Made by a program: the position numbers and the translations under genes
Notes under the pieces: model-generated
Told to the model about the DNA's origin: nothing
Database searches by the model: none
The model's input: only the letters and a program-made list of their open reading frames with translations
In this document: piece by piece, positions 21,187-31,442 of the stretch
Position numbering within the stretch: position 1 is the first letter of the stretch
Layout: every line of letters begins with the position of its first letter
From: Nitrososphaerota archaeon
GTDB lineage: Archaea; Thermoproteota; Nitrososphaeria_A; Caldarchaeales; Calditenuaceae
Assembly: GCA_038845265.1 (NCBI GenBank)
Contig: JAWBQR010000001.1
Span: 64,001 to 128,000 of the forward strand
Direction of reading: 5' to 3'
Length of the DNA stretch: 64,000 bases

Positions 21187-21753
21187 TCAGCGGCCGCTTA
21201 CTGTTTCTAGCGTCCATCTTACTGAGTTTATGAGGTCTCTAAGCCGTGCATCATCTCTATAATTTTTTACCAAGATTTCTGATACTCTATCACCATCAAA
21301 TACCACTTCATATTTAACCATTTTTTCTCTATCTAGCTCGCCTGACCTAACTCTCTCTTCGTCATCCCTAGTCATCGCTTCGAGCACCTTACGCAATAGA
21401 AAAGAAGAAAATGGCTTGTCGTCTCTTCTCAGCTCCAAGTCCGGGCTAATCTGGAATCTAGCCTCGTCTTTGGTGTAGGTAAGCGTGGCTAGGACAGCAC
21501 CATTACGGCTTCTAATTACTTTAATCGAGGGCTTCTCTAAAATCGGCTTGGCCTGAGGTGCTTGTTCAGGCTTCCTCGAGACCAGAGAGTCGGCTCTCTT
21601 AAAACTCGCACCGGCCAACAACTCATCAATGTAGGAGGTTATTTTCCTAATCATCTCAATTTCCTGATTAAGTTCTGCGATTTTTCGCTCTAGCCATGCC
21701 TTGACCTCCGCTAACGCTTTTGTCTCTTCCTCTGGTAATTCCTCCTCACTCAC
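21187..21753 (-). CDS. hypothetical protein with N-terminal coiled coil, coupled to lig
   Basis: 188 aa; GTGA overlap with the lig stop codon. Confidence 0.7.
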   Translation of the reverse strand: MSEEELPEEETKALAEVKAWLERKIAELNQEIEMIRKITSYIDELLAGASFKRADSLVSRKPEQAPQAKPILEKPSIKVIRSRNGAVLATLTYTKDEARFQISPDLELRRDDKPFSSFLLRKVLEAMTRDDEERVRSGELDREKMVKYEVVFDGDRVSEILVKNYRDDARLRDLINSVRWTLETVSGR

Positions 21754-23534
21754 GTTGGTTCTACCTCCTCTCTGGGCTGAATAGTCTTGAGCTGAGACTT
21801 ATACATCTCAATGACTTCGTCAACTGTGGTAGCATCTTCAGGCGACTTATCAAACCTGTACCTACCAGTGAATCTTGGAAATCTAATTGCAAGCCCAGCG
21901 TCTTTATTTATTTTTCCAAATGCAGCGGTATGTACAGGACTCAACGTGATCTCATCGCCCACTATTTCTAATACGAGCCTAGGCGTAACCCACACGTCTG
22001 GCTCCATAACTGAGTCTACTCTCGGAGGCTTGTGTGGGATAATCATCTGTTTTAGCATCTCTGTAAGCTTATCAAGATCCTCATCTTTAAATCCAGTCCC
22101 GACCTTACAAATCGACCTGAAGACGTCTGCGTCTTTATCATAAGCCGCTACTAAAACTGTTCCGAATTTTCCACTCCTCTTACCTTTACCATAAAATGCC
22201 CCAATCACGACTAGGTCGAGCGTATCGGTGAGCTTAGAGACATAGCTTCGCTTATACTTTATCCATAGCCAACCCCTAGCGCCAGCCATGTAAACTGATC
22301 TCGGAGAAATATCTTTGACGATGACCCCTTCGCAGCCGTCCTCGACAGCTTTAAGCATGTATTTATCAAGCGTTTCGCAATCACTCACCTCGATTGCTCT
22401 CGTCAAGGACATATCTTCGCTCTGATCAATAATCTCGCCGAGCATAGATCGTCTCTCTAATAATGGTCTATCAATGAGTTCATCTCCATCGATTAATAAC
22501 GCATCAAAAAAGAAGAGCGATACAGGATAGAGTTCTGCCGCCTTCTCAATTTCATATTTTCTTCTTCTGTGCATCAATTCTTGGAAGGGAAGCATATCAC
22601 CAGTATCAGGATCAACAGCGACCGCCTCACACTCAACGATCGCTTGTCTGGCCCTTATCCGAGACCTGCACCTCTCAATTACATCTGGAAACTGATACGT
22701 AATGTTTTCCTGTCTCCTAGAAAAGATTAATATTTCACCATTATTTTTATGGATCTGCATTCTCTCTCCATCATACTTATACTCAGCTAGACCTCTTCCA
22801 CCCAATTTTTCTAAAATCTCCTTGCTGCTGGACAATCTCTCTGCCAGCATTGGGCGAGCAGGCCTTCCTATCGCTAGCCTAATTGTTCGGACACCTACTA
22901 GTCCAGCCCTCTTGGCCTCCCGTACAACTATTCCTATGTCTGAAGAAATGTTATAAGCCCTCTCAAAGATTTCTCTTGTTTCTTTTGACCCCCCGAATAG
23001 TGCCGAGACGGCGTCAATAATAGTCATATCAGCGACGCCGAGCCGCATCTTTCCAGTCAATAGTCTAATAATATATTTTGCCTCCTTCGGCTGAGCCTGG
23101 GCAAGCAGCCCAGAAAGAATCTTTATTTTGTTTTCAACTGCTCCCTCACCACTGATCCTAGCTACTTTATCCAACTTATTATAAACTTCCAATACAGTTA
23201 AGGGCTGATTAAACAAAACTAACTGGGATTTTTTATGAGAGAGTAACTCCTCGGCAACTTGTCCTAAGTCCCCAACTTTATTGAGGAGGTTCTCGATCTT
23301 TGTTTCTTCTACCCCCGTGACGGCTTTTATTGCCCTTATCGCGAGCTTCTCAGCCACTCCAAGCTCGATGCCTACGTATGCTGGATATAGAATACCCAGT
23401 GTTAAATATGCAATTTTATCAACTTCCTTCTCGTCGGCTTCGTTGAATAGTTGTATCAGAATATCACGCATCTCAAGTCTCTTAGTAGTTGACTCTAACT
23501 GTTCGTAATATTCCACAAGCTTTGAGAAATCCAT
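21750..23534 (-). CDS. lig: ATP-dependent DNA ligase
   Basis: PMLAERL, EYKYDGER (adenylated Lys), EGVIVK, WIKYKR, RFPRF. Confidence 0.97.
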   Translation of the reverse strand: MDFSKLVEYYEQLESTTKRLEMRDILIQLFNEADEKEVDKIAYLTLGILYPAYVGIELGVAEKLAIRAIKAVTGVEETKIENLLNKVGDLGQVAEELLSHKKSQLVLFNQPLTVLEVYNKLDKVARISGEGAVENKIKILSGLLAQAQPKEAKYIIRLLTGKMRLGVADMTIIDAVSALFGGSKETREIFERAYNISSDIGIVVREAKRAGLVGVRTIRLAIGRPARPMLAERLSSSKEILEKLGGRGLAEYKYDGERMQIHKNNGEILIFSRRQENITYQFPDVIERCRSRIRARQAIVECEAVAVDPDTGDMLPFQELMHRRRKYEIEKAAELYPVSLFFFDALLIDGDELIDRPLLERRSMLGEIIDQSEDMSLTRAIEVSDCETLDKYMLKAVEDGCEGVIVKDISPRSVYMAGARGWLWIKYKRSYVSKLTDTLDLVVIGAFYGKGKRSGKFGTVLVAAYDKDADVFRSICKVGTGFKDEDLDKLTEMLKQMIIPHKPPRVDSVMEPDVWVTPRLVLEIVGDEITLSPVHTAAFGKINKDAGLAIRFPRFTGRYRFDKSPEDATTVDEVIEMYKSQLKTIQPREEVEPT

Positions 23535-23586
23535 TCTCCCCTACCTATGATTAGTACTTGCTAACCTTTAAGCTAATCCCTAACAT

Positions 23587-24561
23587 TCATGAAAAGACAC
23601 TACTGTTAGATTGGCTAAAGATTACCCTTGCACCTTTGTTCTCAGCAGTCGTAATATATACCTCTAAATTAGGCATCAGATCTTTCACGAGCCGCAGAAA
23701 ACTCCGAGCATCATCAGGCTTATCAGTAAATCCATAAATAGTAGGCCCCCAACTGGACTGCCCCACACCGTATAATCCGGCATCAAGCATCAATTCTGCA
23801 AGCTCAGCTGAATCAGGGTTGAAGATTCCTCCCTGAATACTTTCAAACTCGCTACCTACAAGTCTCTGAACTGATTCAACACCTTTTCCAAAAAGCTCTA
23901 TATTATGTTCAATTATGCCAGGAAGGACTTTACTCATAACGCAAGAGTGAATATTCTTTACTGTCTCTTCAGAATATTTTATCTTTGAGAGAATATCATC
24001 CTCTAAAAGTCCAGAAAGTCCCCTCCTTTTATCTGGAATCGATAGTATGATAAGCCAGTCTTCAGGAAAATTAAGTCTCATTATCGGCTGCAGATAGCTA
24101 TTCTTACGTTGACCGAGACTAATTATGAATCCTCCATTCCTAAATGCCTCTATACCGATCCATGAGTACTTACCTCTATTTGTTCGAGCTGCTATCTCCT
24201 CAATGCTCATTCTAATTTCGGCCAAAATCGAGATTGCCGTTGCCGCTGAGAGAATGATCTGTGTACCCGATCCTAGTCCCACATGTCTAGGAGGGTATTC
24301 GATGAATTCTAGGTTAACTCCAACGCTTACATTCAGATCAGAGTAAAATTTTCTCACTACTAACTCTAATTCGTTTTCAAAATTACCTGCTATACGAAGA
24401 CCAGATGCCTCAATGGTCTCTGCAAATAATATGGTTCTAGGCTCCTTAATAGCTAGGCCGATTCCCTGCCAAGGTCTCTGATTATTGCCATCTGTCAGAA
24501 GACCCAGGTGGAGCCTAGAGGGAGCAGTAATCTCTACACGCATGCCCTTCAACAACATCAT
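23587..24561 (-). CDS. mptG: beta-ribofuranosylaminobenzene 5'-phosphate synthase (GHMP family)
   Basis: APSRLHLG, HVGLGSGTQ, GGFI, GQSSWGPT motifs. Start position uncertain (24543-24591). Confidence 0.85.
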   Translation of the reverse strand: MMLLKGMRVEITAPSRLHLGLLTDGNNQRPWQGIGLAIKEPRTILFAETIEASGLRIAGNFENELELVVRKFYSDLNVSVGVNLEFIEYPPRHVGLGSGTQIILSAATAISILAEIRMSIEEIAARTNRGKYSWIGIEAFRNGGFIISLGQRKNSYLQPIMRLNFPEDWLIILSIPDKRRGLSGLLEDDILSKIKYSEETVKNIHSCVMSKVLPGIIEHNIELFGKGVESVQRLVGSEFESIQGGIFNPDSAELAELMLDAGLYGVGQSSWGPTIYGFTDKPDDARSFLRLVKDLMPNLEVYITTAENKGARVIFSQSNSSVFS

Positions 24562-24631
24562 TACCTTATTTATTAATAAATAATGGGCCAACTAATTATA
24601 TATCTCGATAACTACATGAATTGAATAGAAA

Positions 24632-25096
24632 ATGGGTGAGTCAACTACTAAAAGAATTAATTACTTTGCGTATGACGTCCTTCTTAATCCGGACCAGATG
24701 CGCCTAGTTATAAAGAGTTGGCATAAATGTTTTCCGGCATGGCTGCCGAATTATAGACTCGTATTTGATTCTTATTCAGTTTCGTGGAGAGGAGGAGTGG
24801 CCGGGTTGAAAGAAGATGAAGGAACAACTGTTTATGGAGTTGTATATGTGATAGATGAGCAACAATTGTATGTTATTGATAAATTCGAGGGACTAGCCAA
24901 TCTGCGAATGAGGATAAAAGTTACTGTTAAAAGCGATTATGGAGAGCATAACGCATATACACATGTATCATCAAACCCGAGAGGACATGTACCCCCAACT
25001 AAGCAGTATCTTTCTCTTATGACAAAAGGGCTTAGACAAGTCGGATATGGCGATAAAGTAATCATGAACATTATCAATGAGGCGGCTAAACGCTAG
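24632..25096 (+). CDS. gamma-glutamylcyclotransferase-family protein
   Basis: YFAY..., YRLVF, VYGVVY, DKFEG, P-T-x-x-Y pattern. Confidence 0.75.
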   Translation: MGESTTKRINYFAYDVLLNPDQMRLVIKSWHKCFPAWLPNYRLVFDSYSVSWRGGVAGLKEDEGTTVYGVVYVIDEQQLYVIDKFEGLANLRMRIKVTVKSDYGEHNAYTHVSSNPRGHVPPTKQYLSLMTKGLRQVGYGDKVIMNIINEAAKR

Positions 25097-25662
25097 CCTA
25101 GATCTTTCGCCTGAATATACGTTCGCCAAACCCATAAAATACTAGTTATGAAGTTTATTGCAAATGCTACTAATGCAGCAAAAAAATATGAGATTAGATA
25201 GTGCATCAAAAATACCTCTGTAAATAAAGCGAATAATCCAATATTAACTAATATGCTCGCAATCCTAGAAACGTGAAACTTGACTAGTCTACTCATGAAA
25301 CTTCCTCCCAAATTTTTTGATTTTCTAAAGGTCCAATTATCATTGATGTAGAAATTTAATAATACTGACAATTCTGTGGCTACTACTACAGCGACTATCT
25401 CATTGGAGCGCAGAAAATCTATTAGTATATATAATACAGCTTCAGCAAAGACCAGACATGAAATTCCTACTACTACAAATTGAATAGATGTGAGTGATAA
25501 CCCAGATTTAATTATAAATATGATGAGGTTTTTTATTCTATTTGTATTCATGGATTCTCTTCTCAGACATGAAATTCCTACTACTACAAATTGAATAGAT
25601 GTGAGTGATAACCCAGATTTAATTATAAATATGATGAGGTTTTTTATTCTATTTGTATTCAT
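25093..25662 (-). CDS. GtrA family membrane protein (N-terminal 37 aa duplicated)
   Basis: QFVVVG, ATELSVLLNFYINDNWTF, NFITSILWVW. The single-copy start would be 25551. Confidence 0.85.
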   Translation of the reverse strand: MNTNRIKNLIIFIIKSGLSLTSIQFVVVGISCLRRESMNTNRIKNLIIFIIKSGLSLTSIQFVVVGISCLVFAEAVLYILIDFLRSNEIVAVVVATELSVLLNFYINDNWTFRKSKNLGGSFMSRLVKFHVSRIASILVNIGLFALFTEVFLMHYLISYFFAALVAFAINFITSILWVWRTYIQAKDLG

Positions 25663-25675
25663 GGATTCTCTTCTC
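25453..25675. repeat. perfect tandem duplication, 111-bp unit
   Basis: Unit starting CAGACATGAAATTCC at 25453 and again at 25564. Confidence 0.95.
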
Positions 25676-25679
25676 GAAA

Positions 25680-26528
25680 TTATTTATCTGGATTATATAA
25701 ACTCCTAAGTACAGACAGATCTCTTGAATAGTCTCCCCTTTCATCTTCTGGTGTTTCAATGATCATTGGTAGATTTTTAATGAATTTTTGATTGATAATG
25801 TTCTTGAATCCTTTCTCTCCTATATGCCCCATTCCTATATGCTCATGTCTATCAAGATGGCTGCCTAATCCACCTGCCGAATCGTTTAGATGAACTACCT
25901 TTAACATCTTTAGACCTATGATGGAGTCAAAGTCATTGAGGGTATTCGATATTCCTTCTTCAGTCTTAACGTCGTATCCAGCGGCAAATAGATGACAAGT
26001 ATCTAGACAAATTCCCACTCTATCTATATGAGAAATTTTATCGAGAATCCGCCTTATGTCTTCAAACCTCGACCCGACGCTATTTTTTTGACCAGCCATG
26101 TTTTCTAGTAGAAGCATGCATCTTGGATTAGCTTTCTCAATAGATGTATCAACTGCTCTAGCAACCTGCATAATTCCCACATCTATTCCTTTACCGAGAT
26201 GACTTCCTATGTGACTCACTAGGTAATCTATCTCTAACTGATCGCATCTTTTTAACTCCTCAATTAATGACCTTAATGATAACTGCCATGAAGACTTGTT
26301 TGGAGAGGCGATATTTGGTAAATATGGCATGTGAGCTACTACGACATCAAAACTTGCCTTTCTTCTCTTATCTTTAAACTTCTCGATCTCCTCTTTTTTT
26401 AACTTTGCTGCTTTCCATCCACGTGGGTTGCGGGTAAATATCTGGAAAGTGGTGCAGGACAACTGAAGAGCCCTATCGACTGAAAGATCTATTGAGCCAG
26501 AAATAGATACATGAGCACCTAGCAGCAA
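25680..26528 (-). CDS. nfo: endonuclease IV (AP endonuclease)
   Basis: GAHVS, HMPYLPN, LENMAGQ, CLDTCHLFAAGYD, HLNDS, DRHEHIG, ETP. Confidence 0.95.
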   Translation of the reverse strand: MLLGAHVSISGSIDLSVDRALQLSCTTFQIFTRNPRGWKAAKLKKEEIEKFKDKRRKASFDVVVAHMPYLPNIASPNKSSWQLSLRSLIEELKRCDQLEIDYLVSHIGSHLGKGIDVGIMQVARAVDTSIEKANPRCMLLLENMAGQKNSVGSRFEDIRRILDKISHIDRVGICLDTCHLFAAGYDVKTEEGISNTLNDFDSIIGLKMLKVVHLNDSAGGLGSHLDRHEHIGMGHIGEKGFKNIINQKFIKNLPMIIETPEDERGDYSRDLSVLRSLYNPDK

Positions 26529-26642
26529 ATCATTAATTAATTAATAAGAGCATCTGTTTAAGTCTTATGTTGTTTTAATATTTACTAGGTAAAGATATTT
26601 TTATATTGAGGCTAATGCGATATAGTCATCGGTGAGCATATA

Positions 26643-28271
26643 ATGGCGTTAGCTGGTCAGCCAGTGATAATACTCAAGGAGGGAACAAGCAGGAGCAGAG
26701 GAAGAACTGCACAGCGAAATAATATCGCTGCTGCAAAGATAATCGCCGATATGGTCAAGACCACCTTGGGACCAAAGGGGATGGATAAGCTTCTCGTGGA
26801 TTCTATCGGAGACGTAATAGTGACAAATGACGGCGCAACAATACTTGAGAAGATGGATGTCGAACACCCAGCGGCTAAAATGATAATAGAGGTAGCTAAG
26901 ACGCAGGATAAGACTGTGGGCGATGGGACGACTACTGCAGTAATTATTGCAGGTGAACTATTAAGACGTGCAGAAGAACTAGTAGAGCAGAAGATACATC
27001 CAAGTACAATAATCTCAGGATACAAAAAAGCAATGGAGTTGGCAGTGAATAAGTTAAACAGTCTCGCCAAGAACGTCAGCCTTAACGATGTTGAGACTCT
27101 TAAGAAGATGGTTAGGACATGCCTTGGAAGCAAATCACTAGGGTTTGCGACTGATTATCTAGCACAGCTTGCGATAGATGCTGTCAGCGCGGTTGTAAGG
27201 GAGGTCAATGGTAAAAAGAAAGCAGATAAAGACGATATCCAGATTGTTAAGAAGATAGGTAAAAGCCTTCTCGAATCACAGCTCGTCAAAGGAGTGATTG
27301 TTGATAAAGAAGTTGTGCATGCGGCGATGCCTAAGAGGGTCGTCAACGCGAAAATAGCACTTCTTGATGCACCCTTTGAAATCGAGAAGACAGAATTCTC
27401 TGCAGAGATTAGGATCCGGGACCCGCTAAAGATTAAGGAGTTCCTTGATGAGGAGACGAGGATTCTTAAAGAAATGGTCGACAAAGTTGTGAAGGTGGGC
27501 GCTAATGTAGTGTTCTGCCAAAAGGGCATAGATGATGCCGCGCAGTTCTTCTTAGCGAAGGCCGGAATATTAGCCGTGAGGAGAGTAAAGAGAAGCGATA
27601 TGGAGAAACTTGAGAAGGCTACGGGTGGCAGAATAGTTACTAATTTCGAGGATCTAAGCGAAAAAGATTTAGGGCAAGCCGGTCTGGTCGAGGAAAGAAA
27701 GATAGGAGAGGACAGGATGGTGTTTGTTGAGGATTGCAAGAATCCGAAGGCAGTGGCCATACTCATTAGAGCAGGGCTTGAGAGACAACTCGACGAGGCC
27801 GAGAGAGCCCTTAACGACGCCATAATGAACATGATAAACATCGTCGAGGAGAGCAAAGTTGTACCGGGCGGTGGAGCAATAGAGGCCGAGCTTGCCAAAA
27901 TAATTAGGGCTGAGGCCTCCAAGTATCCAGGAAAGGAGCAGCTAGCAATGCTTGCTTATGCCGAAGCTTTGGAGATTGTTCCTAAGACTCTAGCCGAAAA
28001 TTCGGGCCTAGACCCAGTTGACATCATGTCGTCGCTAAGAAATAAGCATGCCGAAGATGGTATGACATTTGGAATAAACATATTCACCGGCAAGGTCGAA
28101 GACATGTACTCGCTTGGAGTAATTGAGCCCATCAGAGTCAAGGCCCAGGCATTAAAATCAAGCTTCGAAGCGACAGCCATGATACTTAGAATTGACGATG
28201 TCATAGCAGCATCAAAGAAGAAAGAAGAAAAGAAGCCTAGTCCAGGAGGAGAAACTCCTGAACTAGACTAG
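26643..28271 (+). CDS. ths: thermosome subunit (group II chaperonin)
   Basis: [28 protein letters not shown]; SD GGTGA at 26631. Confidence 0.97.
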   Translation: MALAGQPVIILKEGTSRSRGRTAQRNNIAAAKIIADMVKTTLGPKGMDKLLVDSIGDVIVTNDGATILEKMDVEHPAAKMIIEVAKTQDKTVGDGTTTAVIIAGELLRRAEELVEQKIHPSTIISGYKKAMELAVNKLNSLAKNVSLNDVETLKKMVRTCLGSKSLGFATDYLAQLAIDAVSAVVREVNGKKKADKDDIQIVKKIGKSLLESQLVKGVIVDKEVVHAAMPKRVVNAKIALLDAPFEIEKTEFSAEIRIRDPLKIKEFLDEETRILKEMVDKVVKVGANVVFCQKGIDDAAQFFLAKAGILAVRRVKRSDMEKLEKATGGRIVTNFEDLSEKDLGQAGLVEERKIGEDRMVFVEDCKNPKAVAILIRAGLERQLDEAERALNDAIMNMINIVEESKVVPGGGAIEAELAKIIRAEASKYPGKEQLAMLAYAEALEIVPKTLAENSGLDPVDIMSSLRNKHAEDGMTFGINIFTGKVEDMYSLGVIEPIRVKAQALKSSFEATAMILRIDDVIAASKKKEEKKPSPGGETPELD

Positions 28272-28345
28272 AGCATTTTTAAAATATTCCATTTTTTTAC
28301 ATCTATAAAAACATTCATATTTTGATGAGTGATGGTTATTTAGTA

Positions 28346-28420
28346 GCTCCGGTAGTATAGCCCGGACAAGTATACTGGCCTTTCGAGCCAGTGACCCGGG
28401 TTCAAATCCCGGCCGGAGCA
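28346..28420 (+). tRNA. tRNA-Glu(TTC)
   Basis: Acceptor GCTCCGG/CCGGAGC-A; anticodon arm CTGGC-CT TTC GA-GCCAG; T loop TTCAAAT; CCA not encoded. Confidence 0.95.
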
Positions 28421-28444
28421 TTACATTACCTATTGGGTTAATAG

Positions 28445-29323
28445 TTAGAAGGTTAGTTCTAACTGTCTTTCCAGTCTTTGTTTCTGGGCTAAATATTCGT
28501 CTTGCTTTAACTCCCCAATTTTATATCTTATCTCTATCTTTTGGATTTCGTGTTTTATTTTGTTATGTTGCTCTATTAGAGTCCGACTCGCATCGAGGAG
28601 TGACTGTAGGTCTGAAGTTATCTTAGAAACTTGTTGACTAGATAATCCTAGTTGTGCGCCTTTCTCATTTATGTCCTTAATCTTTTTCTCGACACTCTGC
28701 GTAAAGGACGGTATGTCGGCTAGTCTTATCTCGATTGGATTCTGTAGAATCGCTAGTTTGGGTCTTATTTTTGAGATCTCTTTATCGATTTCTATCTTCT
28801 GCCTTATATAGTCTCTATCACCTATTTCTCCTATTTCATGCCTAATCTTGAGATTCTCGGAGCGTTCATTTAGTTCCTTTAACCGGTCTTCATATCTTGC
28901 TATCATTTCGCGTCTCTTATCATCCAGAGTGGCAATCCTAGAGCTATACTCGTCATAGATCTCAGTAAAGACATCGACCGTAGCCTCACCATCGAGTAAA
29001 AGATCTATGAGTCTCAAGGACCAAGAGTGGAGCTTGGATAACTGTTCAATTAACTTTCGCTCCTCAGCCACCTCTTCAGGTACCATTCCCTCCACAGTTG
29101 TTGGAGCGGGTGGAGGCTGAGCAGGCTGGACGGCAGCCTCAACTGATGGCTGTGTTGGGGGTTGAGGCCTAGCCTCTGCCGCTCGCGGTGCCTGTGCAGG
29201 AGCTGCGGCCGGTGTAATCTCCTGAAGCTCTGGCGGAAGTTCCTTCCCACAATTCATGCAATATTTCCCTTTTAGGGTCAGCCTTTTGCAGTATGGACAG
29301 ACTACCCTACCCAGGAGCGCCAA
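28445..29323 (-). CDS. zinc-ribbon plus CdvA-like coiled-coil protein
   Basis: CPYC...CMNC, Pro/Ala linker, and coiled coil with repeated (R/L)xxxGE(I/L)xxxxY motifs. Confidence 0.55.
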   Translation of the reverse strand: MALLGRVVCPYCKRLTLKGKYCMNCGKELPPELQEITPAAAPAQAPRAAEARPQPPTQPSVEAAVQPAQPPPAPTTVEGMVPEEVAEERKLIEQLSKLHSWSLRLIDLLLDGEATVDVFTEIYDEYSSRIATLDDKRREMIARYEDRLKELNERSENLKIRHEIGEIGDRDYIRQKIEIDKEISKIRPKLAILQNPIEIRLADIPSFTQSVEKKIKDINEKGAQLGLSSQQVSKITSDLQSLLDASRTLIEQHNKIKHEIQKIEIRYKIGELKQDEYLAQKQRLERQLELTF

Positions 29324-29484
29324 TTATTCTCACTTTCAGTATTTATGTAAATTTAATTCCCTATAAACCTTTAAGGCGTGGTCTCAAAACCTGTATCAAG
29401 GTAATTCTTAGACGCTATTCAAGAGAATATCCAAGTCAATGCATTAGATTGGTTTTTAATGACCTTTGAGGTATAATTCGCTGT

Positions 29485-29706
29485 ATGAGCGAGCTGTCTA
29501 CTGCTCCAATGCATAGGCTTTTAAAAAAGGCTGGCGCAGCAAGAGTCAGCGAAGACGCGGCAGAGGAACTCAGGATCGTTCTTGAGGAAATAGGCCTAAA
29601 AATATCGGAGCAGGCAGTTATACTTGCACAACATGCCGGCCGTCGGACTGTGAAAAGAGAGGATGTCCAGCGGGCCTATAAAATAATTATCAAGTCCAGC
29701 TTATGA
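29485..29706 (+). CDS. archaeal histone (HMf-like)
   Basis: APMHRLLKKAGAARVS...AQHAGRRTVKREDV histone fold. Confidence 0.93.
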   Translation: MSELSTAPMHRLLKKAGAARVSEDAAEELRIVLEEIGLKISEQAVILAQHAGRRTVKREDVQRAYKIIIKSSL

Positions 29707-29757
29707 AGACTCAAGATAGATTTTTGACATACCTTTGATAAGCATATCCGAGAAAAA

Positions 29758-30366
29758 ATGGTCAGGGTGATTGTACTCGCGGTCCCAGGAGCAGGAAAGA
29801 CGACTATATTCAAGAAATTATCAGAGCTTAAGCCCAATGTTAAGATACTTAATTTTGGAGACTTAATGTTTAAGGAGGCTTCAAGCCGGTTTGGAATAAA
29901 GTCTAGAGACGAGATGAGGAGCAAGATTCCATTTGATTCCTATCGAGAACTGCAGGATTTAGCAGCAGAGAGCATATCTAGAGAGGAAGGTACACTTATC
30001 GTTGACACGCATGCTGCGATCAAAACACCTTATGGATACTATCCGGGATTACCTTTTTCAGTCGTAACGAAGATGAAGCCTCAGAGTATAATCTTTCTAG
30101 AATATAGGCCTGAAGACATTGCTGCCAGACGGGCTAAGGACGAAGCAGCCGGTGTGAGGACAAGAGGGACAGAAAGCTATGAAGAAATAGAGGAGCATCA
30201 AATGATAGCGCTTAACTATGCGGTAGCGGCCTCGAATGCTGCTTCATGTTATTTCTGCAGGTTTTCGTTTAGGTACCCAGAAGCATATCCATACCAACAT
30301 GTCCATGACGCTGCTGAGATGATAAAGAAGCATATCGAGCTTTTAGAAACAATGTATAACCGATAA
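29758..30366 (+). CDS. adkA: adenylate kinase, archaeal type
   Basis: VPGAGKTT, NFGDLM, RDEMR, VDTHAAIKTP-x-GYYPGLP. Confidence 0.92.
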   Translation: MVRVIVLAVPGAGKTTIFKKLSELKPNVKILNFGDLMFKEASSRFGIKSRDEMRSKIPFDSYRELQDLAAESISREEGTLIVDTHAAIKTPYGYYPGLPFSVVTKMKPQSIIFLEYRPEDIAARRAKDEAAGVRTRGTESYEEIEEHQMIALNYAVAASNAASCYFCRFSFRYPEAYPYQHVHDAAEMIKKHIELLETMYNR

Positions 30367-30368
30367 GA

Positions 30369-31338
30369 TCACTTATAACCATCAGGCAGCTTAAATGCCC
30401 ATGACGAAGTATCTATAATGCTTGTTTTTCTTGCAATAATTATGAAAACTGTATGGGCACGCATCGTGTGTTGAGGCCGCGTCATCCCCTCCTTAACCCT
30501 CCACGGCCTAAAGAAAACTTCTCCTGAAAAATACTCAAAAAAGCCTTTTAGTTTAAGAGCTGTAGAAGTTTTAATTAGTTGCTCAACTGTAGGCACTATG
30601 GCTGCATAAATGCCTCCAGTCTTAAGTGATTTGTAGGCGGATTCAACTGATCTCCACGGCTCTGGCACATCAGCTATAAAGACATCGACATCCTTCTCCT
30701 CAACGTTAAGCGACAAATCACCCTTCTTTAACTCTATGACGTTTGAGAGCCCTAAAGCATCGGCATGTCTTCTGATTGCTGGGAAATATTCATCATCAAG
30801 GTCATAGCTATATACTTTTCCATTTGGCTTTACGTGCCAAGCTAAAAACAGAGCTAGGACTCCACTTCCTGTTCCTCCTTCAACTACTTTTGAACCCGGA
30901 CCCAAGCCGGTAGTTGCCACTAAGAATCCTATGTCCTTTGGATAGGTAATCTGGGTCCTCCTGGGCAATGATAGCATTTGGCTTTACGTGCCAAGCTAAA
31001 AACAGAGCTAGGACTCCACTCCCTGTTCCTCCTTCAACTACTTTTGAACCCGGACCCAAGCCGGTAGTTGCCACTAAGAATCCTATGTCCTTTGGATAGG
31101 TAATCTGGGTCCTCCTGGGCAATGATAGAAGATATTCTATTATTGTTGGTCTAAAAACCACTGCCCTCTGCCCAATATTACTAGTGAGCTCAACTCCCTC
31201 CTCCTTCCCTATAATGTCATCAGCACTAAAGCTACCCTCATTAGTGTGGTACCTACGTTTATTTCTAAGTGTTAAGAAGTATCTATTTCCTTTTTCAGTA
31301 ATCAATACCACATACTCATTTTCATGAAACACCGTCAA
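30369..31338 (-). pseudogene. trmI: tRNA (adenine-N1)-methyltransferase TrmI, frameshifted by a 154-bp tandem duplication (probably an assembly artefact)
   Basis: RRTQITYPKD, VVEGGTGSG, DVPEPW, HTVF. Removing one repeat copy joins ORFs 30880-31398 and 30369-30977 into one gene. Confidence 0.88.
30821..31128. repeat. tandem duplication, 154-bp unit with one mismatch
   Basis: Copies at 30821-30974 and 30975-31128; T30867 versus C31021. Confidence 0.95.
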
Positions 31339-31442
31339 CAGCTTATCATTGTTATGTACTTTATATCTATCAATAAATTTTTTCGTAGTAGATAACAACT
31401 CAACCGATCAAAACCTATATTTATCCACAAATACCTAGTAAA

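Noticed and set aside
26649-28204. Long antisense ORFs (up to 255 aa) opposite the thermosome gene; similar ones opposite tuf, lig, rtcB, ftsZ and the ABC genes
   Set aside because: Shadow frames of conserved genes; no motifs or independent expression signals.
25453-31128. Tandem repeats as CRISPR or MITE
   Set aside because: Only two adjacent copies each of coding sequence; no spacers, terminal inverted repeats or cas genes.
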